Source: a virus
Direction: 5' to 3' (one strand)
Virus record (IMG/VR): IMGVR_UViG_3300021057_000009
Span: 1 to 42,306 of that record
Length of the DNA stretch: 42,306 bases
The first letter of the stretch is position 1, and each line of letters begins with the position of its first letter. Both the position numbers and the translations under genes were made by a program. Under the pieces are notes generated by a model that was given only the letters and a program-made list of their open reading frames with translations, did no database searches and had not been told where the DNA came from. Below are positions 1-6,704 of the stretch, one piece after another.

Positions 1-127
1 CTCCCCCTCCCCCAATACCCCCCGACCGACTTTTGGTATCCCTAACAAAACAATGGCGGATGTTTGGTTTCCTAACACAAAGTATAGTCATAAGTCTTTT
101 ATTATCAATAAGTTGCTAATATAAAGA
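1..127. repeat. Terminal redundancy, copy 1 (identical to 42180-42306)
   Basis: Base-by-base comparison of ctccccctcccccaataccccccgaccgac...gttgctaatataaaga at both ends gives 127/127 identity. Confidence 0.95.
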
Positions 128-242
128 CCCGATAATAGGTATTATGTTAAGTTGTAAGCCCTTGATATTATTAAACTTGCAACGTATACGCGCTATTAGA
201 ACGCATTAGAGAGAGAGCGCTAAACCATTTTATTATAATAAC

Positions 243-728
243 TTACGTCTGCGCTGTTGGGTCTGATTCTATTGGCCGGTCTAAGTGATAATCAGCCATG
301 CCTAAGGATTTATTCATTGATTCTAGGCTATTGGCTATGTTTAGGAGCTTATCAGCGACTTGACCATCAACTAGCCATTGATTCATCGACCTGGCGTCAA
401 TGTTGATCTCGCTCCCCTCGCTCATTACCTTCTGTAGCTTAAAACCAGTCTTGATAGCATCTTGCCGAATAGCGCAATCCTTCTTATTCTCCACAATGTT
501 TGACTTCAACTCCCCTGTCAAAAACTCAAGCGTAAGCCCTTGAGCATCCATTATTTCCTGGATTCTCGTCTTGACTTCCGGTCGCTGGGCAACCAAGCAG
601 GAATAGGAGTTAGCCGTAGTTTGCTTTGCGGATTTGTAGGTGTCCATATACGCTTCGGTCAAATTGCCTTTGTGCTTGACGACATTTTTGGCGAAGACTT
701 CATGTTTGAGATTTTTTAATCTAGGCAT
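243..728 (-). CDS. terS: Terminase small subunit (Terminase_2-like)
   Basis: 161 aa. The N-terminus LKHEVFAKNVVKHKGNLTEAYMDTYKS...RPEVKTRIQEIM fits the small-terminase pattern. SD AAAGGTGG lies upstream. It is upstream of terL on the same strand once the circle is closed. Confidence 0.65.
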   Translation of the reverse strand: MPRLKNLKHEVFAKNVVKHKGNLTEAYMDTYKSAKQTTANSYSCLVAQRPEVKTRIQEIMDAQGLTLEFLTGELKSNIVENKKDCAIRQDAIKTGFKLQKVMSEGSEINIDARSMNQWLVDGQVADKLLNIANSLESMNKSLGMADYHLDRPIESDPTAQT

Positions 729-769
729 AATCCACCTTTAACCACAATATATAGTGGTGTGTCAAGTTA

Positions 770-798
770 TTTATACCATATGTTGATATAGATTGTAA
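770..798 (-). promoter_or_regulatory. Candidate sigma70-type promoter for terS (TTACAA-17-TATAAA on minus strand)
   Basis: -35 at 798..793 and -10 at 775..770, read on the minus strand, with a 17-nt spacer. Confidence 0.3.
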
Positions 799-828
799 TG
801 GGCTAGGAGGATTTATTTTTAATAAGGG

Positions 829-857
829 TTTACATTGTTATGACGACGTTGTATAAT
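829..857 (+). promoter_or_regulatory. Sigma70-type promoter P1 of the plus-strand island (TTTACA-17-TATAAT)
   Basis: tttaca 829-834, 17-nt spacer, tataat 852-857. Confidence 0.6.
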
Positions 858-889
858 TTGGTTATAAATCTGGTTGTGAAGATTATCAC

Positions 890-918
890 TTGACAATGTA
901 ATGGCATCGTCTTATACT
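890..918 (+). promoter_or_regulatory. Sigma70-type promoter P2 of the plus-strand island (TTGACA-17-TATACT)
   Basis: ttgaca 890-895, 17-nt spacer, tatact 913-918. The first ORF starts at 926. Confidence 0.6.
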
Positions 919-925
919 CGTTTCT

Positions 926-1072
926 ATGATTAAAACCAAGTATATTCAAATTCGAGTCACCGACGATGAGCGCCAATTGATCGAAAAAGCCATGCACAAA
1001 GAGAATTTTTCATCCATGAGCGAGTACATTAGGAAGACGATGAAAGATAGGGCGCATGAAGTTCTACGCTGA
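926..1072 (+). CDS. Ribbon-helix-helix (CopG/Arc/MetJ-type) DNA-binding protein, 48 aa
   Basis: Own translation: MIKTKYIQIRVTDDERQLIEKAMHKENFSSMSEYIRKTMKDRAHEVLR. A beta-strand (IQIRV) followed by two helices is the classic RHH pattern. It is the first gene behind P1/P2 and is shorter than the ORF-track cut-off. Confidence 0.6.
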   Translation: MIKTKYIQIRVTDDERQLIEKAMHKENFSSMSEYIRKTMKDRAHEVLR

Positions 1073-1136
1073 TATTTTTTTGCCTCTTGTGCATTACAAT
1101 GTGGGGATTTTTTTTGCCCTGGGAGTTAACTAGCCG

Positions 1137-1256
1137 GTGAACACGCAACTAATTATCGAGGAAATGGAGCGACTTTATCGCCTCTACTCTGCGGGCGCTC
1201 TTACCTGGGAGGAATTAAGAGGAAAGATTAAAGATCTCTTGAGGGGGGCCGAATGA
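1137..1256 (+). CDS. Hypothetical 39-aa protein (GTG start)
   Basis: Own translation: VNTQLIIEEMERLYRLYSAGALTWEELRGKIKDLLRGAE. Its stop overlaps the next start (ATGA). There is no clear SD. Confidence 0.3.
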   Translation: MNTQLIIEEMERLYRLYSAGALTWEELRGKIKDLLRGAE

Positions 1257-1348
1257 GGGAGACTTTGGCTTTAGCTTTGATTGTATGGGTTATGGCGGGT
1301 TTCTTCCTCGGTATTGAAGCGCTCATAGCATTGGTTGGGAATTTCTAA
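1253..1348 (+). CDS. Hypothetical 31-aa hydrophobic peptide (single TM)
   Basis: Own translation: MRETLALALIVWVMAGFFLGIEALIALVGNF. SD GAGGGGGG lies 4-5 nt upstream. It overlaps both neighbours by ATGA/TAATG. Confidence 0.4.
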   Translation: MRETLALALIVWVMAGFFLGIEALIALVGNF

Positions 1349-1485
1349 TGGGTCGCTATCGCCTATTATTCCTTTCGCCTGTCATGCAGGGAATGTATCA
1401 GGATTTGAGGAGGATTGGTTTTTCTAAGCGGCAAGCAGTGGACATGGTTAGGCGAGTGTTTCATTTTGAGGAGGTGACGCTTTGA
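1348..1485 (+). CDS. Hypothetical 45-aa protein
   Basis: Own translation: MGRYRLLFLSPVMQGMYQDLRRIGFSKRQAVDMVRRVFHFEEVTL. It has TAATG coupling to the previous ORF. Confidence 0.35.
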   Translation: MGRYRLLFLSPVMQGMYQDLRRIGFSKRQAVDMVRRVFHFEEVTL

Positions 1486-1619
1486 GCAATAGAGTTTATG
1501 CGAAGGTTTTGATCTTGCTCAATTATGTAGACGAGCATGAGTTGGACAGGAAAAAGGAAGTGAAGGTTACCGAGTTGATTGATGAAATTTGGCGAGTGAT
1601 TGAGCGGAGGAAGGGTTAA
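1482..1619 (+). CDS. Hypothetical 45-aa protein (TTG start)
   Basis: Own translation: (L)SNRVYAKVLILLNYVDEHELDRKKEVKVTELIDEIWRVIERRKG. SD GAGGAGG lies 7 nt upstream of the TTG. Confidence 0.4.
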   Translation: MSNRVYAKVLILLNYVDEHELDRKKEVKVTELIDEIWRVIERRKG

Positions 1620-1654
1620 CGAGTGAGTTATGCGCAAATACAAGGGGGCGAGTG

Positions 1655-1828
1655 ATGTTGATCGACTTCAAATGCGGTCACGCCGTGGACATTAAGAGCG
1701 AAGGCGCAATTAAGATTGCGCTCTTAGGTGCTGGCCGGTGTCCTGATTGCTCTATTAAGAGGCGCAAGAGCGTAGCCGGTCAGCGTATGAATAGGTTTCA
1801 TGCCGGGAAATCAAAGCGTAAGGGCTAG
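1655..1828 (+). CDS. Hypothetical 57-aa Cys-containing basic protein (zinc-ribbon-like)
   Basis: Own translation: MLIDFKCGHAVDIKSEGAIKIALLGAGRCPDCSIKRRKSVAGQRMNRFHAGKSKRKG. SD AAGGGGG lies 6 nt upstream. Confidence 0.4.
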   Translation: MLIDFKCGHAVDIKSEGAIKIALLGAGRCPDCSIKRRKSVAGQRMNRFHAGKSKRKG

Positions 1829-1851
1829 TAAGGCTTAAGGGGATCTTTTAG

Positions 1852-1865
1852 GCGCCTTACGGCGC
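1852..1865 (-). repeat. GC-rich hairpin element (family copy)
   Basis: The minus strand reads CCTTTC-CGCGCC-GTAA-GGCGCC-TAAAAG. 5-bp stem, 4-nt loop. Confidence 0.6.
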
Positions 1866-1878
1866 GGAAAGGCACGAA

Positions 1879-2073
1879 ATGACCAATTGCACGATTCACG
1901 TTGAGCGGGTTGAGGGCCAGCAAGCCTATTATGCGGACGGCAAGTGTGAGCATGGCCGCACTATCGGAATCGGTCAGAATATCGGCCTTACTCGCCGCCA
2001 AGCCTATTTCCTCGCTTGGAAGGCTCTTAACGAGGAATGCGGCAAGAAACACGCTTGGGGATTTGACAGATAA
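1879..2073 (+). CDS. Hypothetical protein, 64 aa
   Basis: ORF track entry. SD GAAAGG lies 6 nt upstream. The overlapping alternative frames look less protein-like. Confidence 0.5.
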   Translation: MTNCTIHVERVEGQQAYYADGKCEHGRTIGIGQNIGLTRRQAYFLAWKALNEECGKKHAWGFDR

Positions 2074-2109
2074 ACAAAAACCCGCCGCCTAGCTGTAACT
2101 AGGGGCGGG
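2071..2109 (-). terminator. Intrinsic-terminator-like hairpin oriented for minus-strand transcription
   Basis: Arms 2081-2092 (cccgccgcctag) and 2099-2109 pair over 11 bp with one bulged G, with loop ctgtaa. On the minus strand it is followed by TTTTTGTTTA. On the plus strand no T-run follows. Confidence 0.5.
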
Positions 2110-2142
2110 GTAAACAAGGCCAACTAAGAAGGAGTTAGCCCA

Positions 2143-2793
2143 ATGGATACATTAGCACATGAAATCGAGACTTTCAGAGAGAAATTACGCGCTATGGGAT
2201 GCGCTCACTATTCCATTAACGGAATGGACGAGGATACAAGCATCAAGCGAGCGATTGCGGAAAAGTGGTCTTTCTTCTTTGTTTGTGTTCGCGACCCGTA
2301 CCACGCTATGAAGAATAAGAGCGCAAACTCAATCCGTTTTCGCCTGTTTCCTACGGTGAAAGAATCGCCTTCTATTCCCATGGGCTATACCGGCTGTCCC
2401 ATGTTTGCTTTCGAGTGTTTCGACGGTGAGCCAATGAAGAAAGCAATTTCGGAGATTAAGAAGCGTGTTAAAAGCGAGTATACATACAAGATCGAGGACG
2501 ATTTAATCACTTGTTACAAGGTGGTACCGGACACCGAAAAGCGCGTTAAGGTGGCCTATCTTATGGACGCTAAAGAAGGCGAAAAGGCGGTCTGTTACTG
2601 GACTAGCTCAAACCGTCAGTTTAGGGGCGCTTGTGAGGTTGTCCGAGTCAATGCGGCAACATATCGCGTTCGGTTGCTGGAGGCGGTCAAACAGGAGGAC
2701 GGATACGGCGGGTTTATCGAGTATCCGGTAGGGCGTGAATTGGTGATACCGAGGACGAAACAAACGCAGTTTAACTGCTTGGCGGTGGCCTAA
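2143..2793 (+). CDS. Hypothetical protein, 216 aa
   Basis: Long ORF with SD AAGGAG 8 nt upstream. I recognise no motif. Confidence 0.75.
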   Translation: MDTLAHEIETFREKLRAMGCAHYSINGMDEDTSIKRAIAEKWSFFFVCVRDPYHAMKNKSANSIRFRLFPTVKESPSIPMGYTGCPMFAFECFDGEPMKKAISEIKKRVKSEYTYKIEDDLITCYKVVPDTEKRVKVAYLMDAKEGEKAVCYWTSSNRQFRGACEVVRVNAATYRVRLLEAVKQEDGYGGFIEYPVGRELVIPRTKQTQFNCLAVA

Positions 2794-3155
2794 TGACTAC
2801 TAAAGGGGATATGGGCGGCTTCGCCGCGAAAACAAAGGACACGACGATGCACACGCCAGGCCCGTGGGGATTCGACGTAATTAAAGACGAGGCGGGGATA
2901 CCGGACGAGTACGTTGTATACGGTAACCATCCCTCAGACTTGGACGAAATAGCGGATATCAAATACTCCGAGGTCGAGGGGAGACAGAGAGCGAATGCGG
3001 CTCTTATTGCGGCGGCTCCTGAGCTTTTAGAGGCGCTTAAGGTGGCGCGAGAATGGATGGGAAGCGATGCGCCTAAGTACCAAAATGGGGCGCATGTTCT
3101 AAAAGACGCTCAAAAACTGGTTGATAGAGTAATTTCCAAAGCCGAGGGCGTATGA
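2793..3155 (+). CDS. Hypothetical phage protein with TPGPW and ANAALIAAAPELLEALK motifs, 120 aa (possible later start at 2847)
   Basis: ORF track entry with TAATG coupling to the previous ORF. The alternative ATG at 2847 follows a family hairpin (2815-2827) and AAAGGA. Confidence 0.7.
   Translation: MTTKGDMGGFAAKTKDTTMHTPGPWGFDVIKDEAGIPDEYVVYGNHPSDLDEIADIKYSEVEGRQRANAALIAAAPELLEALKVAREWMGSDAPKYQNGAHVLKDAQKLVDRVISKAEGV
2815..2827 (-). repeat. GC-rich hairpin element (family copy)
   Basis: The minus strand reads TGTTTT-CGCGGC-GAA-GCCGCC-CATATC. 5-bp stem, 3-nt loop. Confidence 0.6.
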
Positions 3156-3277
3156 CTATCCATCTAAAAGACGTTTACGAGGCGCGTTTTCACGCGCAAG
3201 ATCGGGGGAGCTTGGTGTTATTCTATGCTTTGGCGGGATTGGCGCGGCAGTTACAGCGGGAAAGGTGGGGATTGTAA
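3152..3277 (+). CDS. Hypothetical 41-aa protein
   Basis: Own translation: MTIHLKDVYEARFHAQDRGSLVLFYALAGLARQLQRERWGL. ATGA overlap with the upstream stop. Its stop abuts the next ATG. Confidence 0.4.
   Translation: MTIHLKDVYEARFHAQDRGSLVLFYALAGLARQLQRERWGL
3182..3197 (-). repeat. GC-rich hairpin element (family copy, 6-nt loop)
   Basis: The minus strand reads GATCTT-GCGCG-TGAAAA-CGCGCC-TCGTAA. 5-bp stem. Confidence 0.5.
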
Positions 3278-3496
3278 ATGGAGATAGTCATCACATCGGC
3301 GGCGGTCAATAAAAAGGCCGCTGGAACGATTAACGGGCAAGCGTTCGAGGCATACTGGCATTGGAACGGCAGGGCCAGCCAATCGGGTACATGGCGAAAT
3401 AGCCTCCGTTTTAAACTGTCGCCAGCCGAGAATCAAGCTATCGGCAGGGCAATAAAAAAGTATCTTGCGCCCAAAGGCGCTAATAAGGGGGTTTAA
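3278..3496 (+). CDS. Hypothetical protein, 72 aa
   Basis: ORF track entry. SD AAAGGTGGGG lies 7 nt upstream. Confidence 0.55.
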   Translation: MEIVITSAAVNKKAAGTINGQAFEAYWHWNGRASQSGTWRNSLRFKLSPAENQAIGRAIKKYLAPKGANKGV

Positions 3497-3497
3497 T

Positions 3498-3620
3498 ATG
3501 GGCGCGATTTTGGTACGGATCAACAATGACAAATGCGAGATTGAGAACGCGAAGCAATTGGGCGAAGTGATTCTCTCATACCTTGAGGATGGTCCTGTTA
3601 AGGTGGAAAGGTTTGATTGA
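3498..3620 (+). CDS. Hypothetical 40-aa protein
   Basis: Own translation: MGAILVRINNDKCEIENAKQLGEVILSYLEDGPVKVERFD. SD AAGGGGG lies 6 nt upstream. Confidence 0.4.
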   Translation: MGAILVRINNDKCEIENAKQLGEVILSYLEDGPVKVERFD

Positions 3621-3643
3621 TGAGCGCCTGAAAGACGCACCCC

Positions 3644-3799
3644 GTGAAAGAGTGTAAGCACGAAAGCACGTTGGCGGCGCATGAGTTTGAAGGCCGCTAT
3701 TGGATGGCGGAATGGATTCCAGCAGATCGGATCGTATGCGTAGTTTGTAATGAGGTAGTTAGCTTGGTTTCCAAAAGAAAAGCGATTCGTGATGAGTAG
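3644..3799 (+). CDS. Hypothetical 51-aa Cys-containing protein (GTG start)
   Basis: Own translation: VKECKHESTLAAHEFEGRYWMAEWIPADRIVCVVCNEVVSLVSKRKAIRDE. There is no convincing SD. Confidence 0.25.
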   Translation: MKECKHESTLAAHEFEGRYWMAEWIPADRIVCVVCNEVVSLVSKRKAIRDE

Positions 3800-3805
3800 T
3801 ATTTC

Positions 3806-3820
3806 GCGGGTGAAACCCGC
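3806..3820 (+). repeat. GC-rich hairpin element (family copy, plus orientation)
   Basis: The plus strand reads GTATTT-CGCGGGT-GAA-ACCCGCC-CAAAGGAG. 6-bp stem, GAA loop. Confidence 0.6.
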
Positions 3821-3875
3821 CCAAAGGAGCCTTTGAAATAGAGAGAGGCAGTTCCAAACCAAAGGAGGAGGCGCA

Positions 3876-4106
3876 ATGCATCCATTTGTAAAAATCAATG
3901 TGACAGTAATAATTAATGCGACTGAAGCAGCCGTAATTCAGGAGAATACGATTCTCACAAAAGAGGGCTGGAGAAAAGTCGGCGCTGTTATTATGAAGTC
4001 AGGTAAAGAGTATGAGTCCAATCTATCCTTCCAAGAATTGGAGAGTTTAATCATTAAAGCTCTCCCCCCTCCTAGCTCGGATGATCCTGTAAGAATTAAA
4101 CTCTAG
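3876..4106 (+). CDS. Hypothetical protein, 76 aa
   Basis: ORF track entry. SD AAAGGAGGAGG lies 5 nt upstream. Confidence 0.55.
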   Translation: MHPFVKINVTVIINATEAAVIQENTILTKEGWRKVGAVIMKSGKEYESNLSFQELESLIIKALPPPSSDDPVRIKL

Positions 4107-4260
4107 TTAGTTCTCAGCGGTAGATTATGTTAGACAGGTGTTAGATAGTGCATGAGTGAACTTTGGTTAACTCTTGTAACTTATTGATAATTAGAGAGAA
4201 GCGAATACAAGATTATCTCACTCCCCAGATTTTGTGCATCTAATTTCCTATTGGAGCGTG
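4107..4260. other. Candidate attP region (convergent gap next to int, TGTTAGA repeats)
   Basis: Non-coding gap between convergent genes, immediately 3' of int. gttaga occurs at 4129-4134 and 4140-4145, with further copies inside the int 3' end. Confidence 0.3.
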
Positions 4261-5460
4261 TTAGGAGTTAGTGTCTTTTGAGAGATAGTTAACCGGAAAG
4301 TTACCCTTATTGGTGGAGGGTGTTTCGGAGTGTTTTGTTAGATGGTTGTTAGATGGCTTTTTGGTATCTAACAATTGGTCTAGTTTGTGAGGGCCGGGAC
4401 GATGGCGCATGAGGTGAGCGTAAGTGTCCATGGTGATTTTGAAGGAGCCGTGACCGAGTTGTTCTTGGAGGTATTTGAGGTCTTTGAGTTCGAGACCGGA
4501 TTCCAACATGAGCGAGGCGTAGGTATGGCGTAGGCCGTGGAGAGGGATTCTCGGGAGACCGGAGGATTCTTGGTATTCCCAGAGTTTCATTAGTAGGTGT
4601 TTACGGTCATAAGGAGTGCCGTTACGGGTACTGAAAATTAGCTCATGAGGGTTTTCATGGGCCGTTATGAGATGGATTTGAAGAGATTCTCTTACGAGTT
4701 TAGGCATGTCTACTCGTCTTGTGCTGCTATGGGATTTGGGTATGGCAAAGTACCAACGAGATTTGTTCTGATCTAGTTTTTTAACATGCCAGCACACTTG
4801 GCGCTGGATTCTGATCTGATTCTCCTCCCAGTCGATATCCCCTTTTTGGAGTCCTGTTAGTTCTCCTACTCTTAGACCGAGCATGCCCATTGTGAGAAAC
4901 ATGGTGCGCCAGGGTTCATCGGATTTGGAGAGGAGGAGTTGGAATTGTGAGACTGAGTAGAAGGCACTGGGAGTAGGGTGATGTTTCTCCCTTATGATGT
5001 GCGATACCGGGTTCTCATGGGTCAGGCCCATACGGATGGCGTATTTAAAGACGGATGAAATTGTGTCCAGCATCTGGTTATTAGCGCGTGTATGTTGCAG
5101 CCGCCGCGCTGATTGGCGAAGTTTCTCAATGAGTTGAGGTGTGATTTTATTAAGTTTCAAATGGCCTATGACTGGATAGGCATACTTTTCTAATCGAAGT
5201 TTGTAGCTAATGTGAGTAGAAGGCTTGAGAGTAGAGAGGACTTCAGAGAGATAATTTTGCGCGACTCCTTGAAATGTTAAACGAGTATCAGGGTCATAGT
5301 AGCCCTTCGTATGGAGACTTGATAGGACTTTGGTAAGTAATATGTCGGCATCGTGTTTCCTGGAACCGGCAGAGATCCACTTCTGCTTATTGGATTCTCT
5401 GTAGACGATGAAATAGACGGGACCAGATTTGGTGAGTCTTCGGACTATTGAGCCTCGCAT
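4261..5460 (-). CDS. int: Tyrosine recombinase / phage integrase
   Basis: 399 aa. Catalytic signature GLRVGEL (Arg), HGLRHTYAS (His-x-x-Arg), LGHGS..TMDTYAH (His, Tyr nucleophile). Confidence 0.9.
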   Translation of the reverse strand: MRGSIVRRLTKSGPVYFIVYRESNKQKWISAGSRKHDADILLTKVLSSLHTKGYYDPDTRLTFQGVAQNYLSEVLSTLKPSTHISYKLRLEKYAYPVIGHLKLNKITPQLIEKLRQSARRLQHTRANNQMLDTISSVFKYAIRMGLTHENPVSHIIREKHHPTPSAFYSVSQFQLLLSKSDEPWRTMFLTMGMLGLRVGELTGLQKGDIDWEENQIRIQRQVCWHVKKLDQNKSRWYFAIPKSHSSTRRVDMPKLVRESLQIHLITAHENPHELIFSTRNGTPYDRKHLLMKLWEYQESSGLPRIPLHGLRHTYASLMLESGLELKDLKYLQEQLGHGSFKITMDTYAHLMRHRPGPHKLDQLLDTKKPSNNHLTKHSETPSTNKGNFPVNYLSKDTNS

Positions 5461-5648
5461 GGTGATCCATTGTAGGACTTTGATTTGAAGGAGGCAAGGA
5501 CTTCAGAGACATCAAAGCGAAGGTAGCGGCCTACTTTGAGGTGGGGGATTGTGCGGATGTGGTCGTAGATCCATGATGGGGAAACGGAGAGGATTTGGGA
5601 GAGTTCGTCTACTCCTATGTACTTGGGGAGGTTTGTTTGGGGATTCAA
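5445..5648 (-). CDS. xis: Excisionase-family HTH protein
   Basis: 67 aa. The LSVSPSWIYDHIRTIPHLKVGRYLRFDVSEV pattern fits MerR/excisionase HTH_17. It overlaps the int start. Confidence 0.7.
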   Translation of the reverse strand: MNPQTNLPKYIGVDELSQILSVSPSWIYDHIRTIPHLKVGRYLRFDVSEVLASFKSKSYNGSPCEAQ

Positions 5649-6007
5649 TTGGACTCCTTGAGTAAATGAGGATGTTCGTAGATGTTGCCGAGGACTTCGA
5701 CCTCTTTGGAGATGACGAAGAAATCGAGGTCATCCGCTTCGGCGTGGGATAGCATGAATCTCGCTTCGTCAAAGGTCACGAAGCTGACTTCGCGCCCGCA
5801 CTCGTCTTGCCAGTAGCGCGATAGCTTGATGACATCCCCCTCCCAGATCTCCTTCCCATTCTTGTCGTGGAGGCCGGTGAACTGACTCCACTCAAAATCT
5901 TCGACATCCGCCGCGTACCAAGTGTCATCCAAGAAATCTGCAAGCGAGTAATAAAGCCATTCCTTTTTGGTCTTGTGCCACGCCCTAAACTTAATCGGTC
6001 TATTCAC
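5645..6007 (-). CDS. YopX-family protein (paralog 1)
   Basis: 120 aa. IKFRAW..., TGLHDKNGKEIWEGDVIK and VLGNIYEHPHLL are YopX hallmarks. GTG start. Confidence 0.8.
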   Translation of the reverse strand: MNRPIKFRAWHKTKKEWLYYSLADFLDDTWYAADVEDFEWSQFTGLHDKNGKEIWEGDVIKLSRYWQDECGREVSFVTFDEARFMLSHAEADDLDFFVISKEVEVLGNIYEHPHLLKESN

Positions 6008-6147
6008 TCCCCCTCCTTTGTTGATTTAGGCGGCTGAGGCCGCGAATCACGTTCAAAATTTTGCATAATTCCGTACAAACCAAATCCGAAAGCCGCACCA
6101 CTAAAAAATCCAAAACCAAACAAAACCAAATTAGCTTCCTGGCTCAT
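6004..6147 (-). CDS. Small membrane protein, 47 aa (internal ATG of the 68-aa track ORF)
   Basis: MSQEANLVLFGFGFFSGAAFGFGLYGIMQNF... has one TM segment. ATG 6147 overlaps the upstream TGA (ATGA). Confidence 0.5.
   Translation of the reverse strand: MSQEANLVLFGFGFFSGAAFGFGLYGIMQNFERDSRPQPPKSTKEGE
6030..6043 (-). repeat. GC-rich hairpin element (family copy)
   Basis: The minus strand reads GTGATT-CGCGGC-CTCA-GCCGCC-TAAATC. 5-bp stem, 4-nt loop. Confidence 0.6.
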
Positions 6148-6704
6148 TTCGCCTCGTCCTTCCCATCCCCGCCGCCTAGAAGATCGTCTAGTTTGGAGAG
6201 GGCAAACCAAAACCGCTCCCTGGCTTTTAAAGCACCGACTATGTAGCTTGTCGTATAAGAGCGCCGCTCTACCTCGGCTTTGAGAATCTCCTCATCGTGC
6301 TTTTTAAGTTGCTCGTCCCAAGTTCTCGCCCATCCGATAACCGCTTCTTTGGCTTCTAAGACAGGGGTATAGGCGGGCGTTGCCCGCGAAAGGGCTAGGG
6401 CTTCGCATATAGGGCAAGGGGAGAACGTTTCCTCCCGGTAGCAGGGTCCGTAGTGATGCCCGGTTTCGTCAGTATTGAGCTTTAGCGCCTCGGTGAGCTT
6501 CCCTATGAGGAAGTCTTTTTTGGCGGCTTCGCCGCGAAGAACCTCAACCTCTTTTCTTGCGTCTCGGAGTTCTGCCCTCACGGAAGGCTGTGCCGCCAGT
6601 GAGGCGGTGAGGCGTAGGTTCTCCGAAACGAGTTTGCGGCACTCGTCACGGAGCATGGCCTCAGTCATCATGTCGATCTGGTCGGGATACGGCTCTTGCA
6701 TCAT
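6144..6704 (-). CDS. Hypothetical coiled-coil protein, 186 aa
   Basis: ORF track entry, coupled to its neighbours by 4-nt overlaps. Confidence 0.7.
   Translation of the reverse strand: MMQEPYPDQIDMMTEAMLRDECRKLVSENLRLTASLAAQPSVRAELRDARKEVEVLRGEAAKKDFLIGKLTEALKLNTDETGHHYGPCYREETFSPCPICEALALSRATPAYTPVLEAKEAVIGWARTWDEQLKKHDEEILKAEVERRSYTTSYIVGALKARERFWFALSKLDDLLGGGDGKDEAK
6373..6387 (-). repeat. GC-rich hairpin element (family copy, intragenic)
   Basis: The minus strand reads CCCTTT-CGCGGGC-AAC-GCCCGCC-TATACC. 6-bp stem. Confidence 0.55.

Noticed and set aside
1-127. Interpreting the 127-nt end repeat as a biological direct terminal repeat or as LTR/IR of a mobile element
   Set aside because: Its exact length, perfect identity and arbitrary position in a non-coding spacer fit an assembler overlap on a circular contig. 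True virion termini need read-start evidence that is not available here.
3251-3898. 215-aa minus-strand ORF (and nested 62-aa ORF) antisense to the plus-strand island
   Set aside because: Its translation is Cys/Trp/Phe/Arg/Pro-rich and not protein-like. The plus strand over the same span carries a chain of ORFs with good SD sequences and ATGA/TAAATG coupling. I treat it as a shadow ORF in GC-rich DNA.
6168-6178. 11-mer CCGCCGCCTAG shared between 2083-2093 (terminator-like hairpin arm) and the 3' end of the 186-aa ORF
   Set aside because: The second copy has no complementary arm nearby and lies in coding sequence (GGGDG codons). It is probably a chance match in GC-rich DNA.
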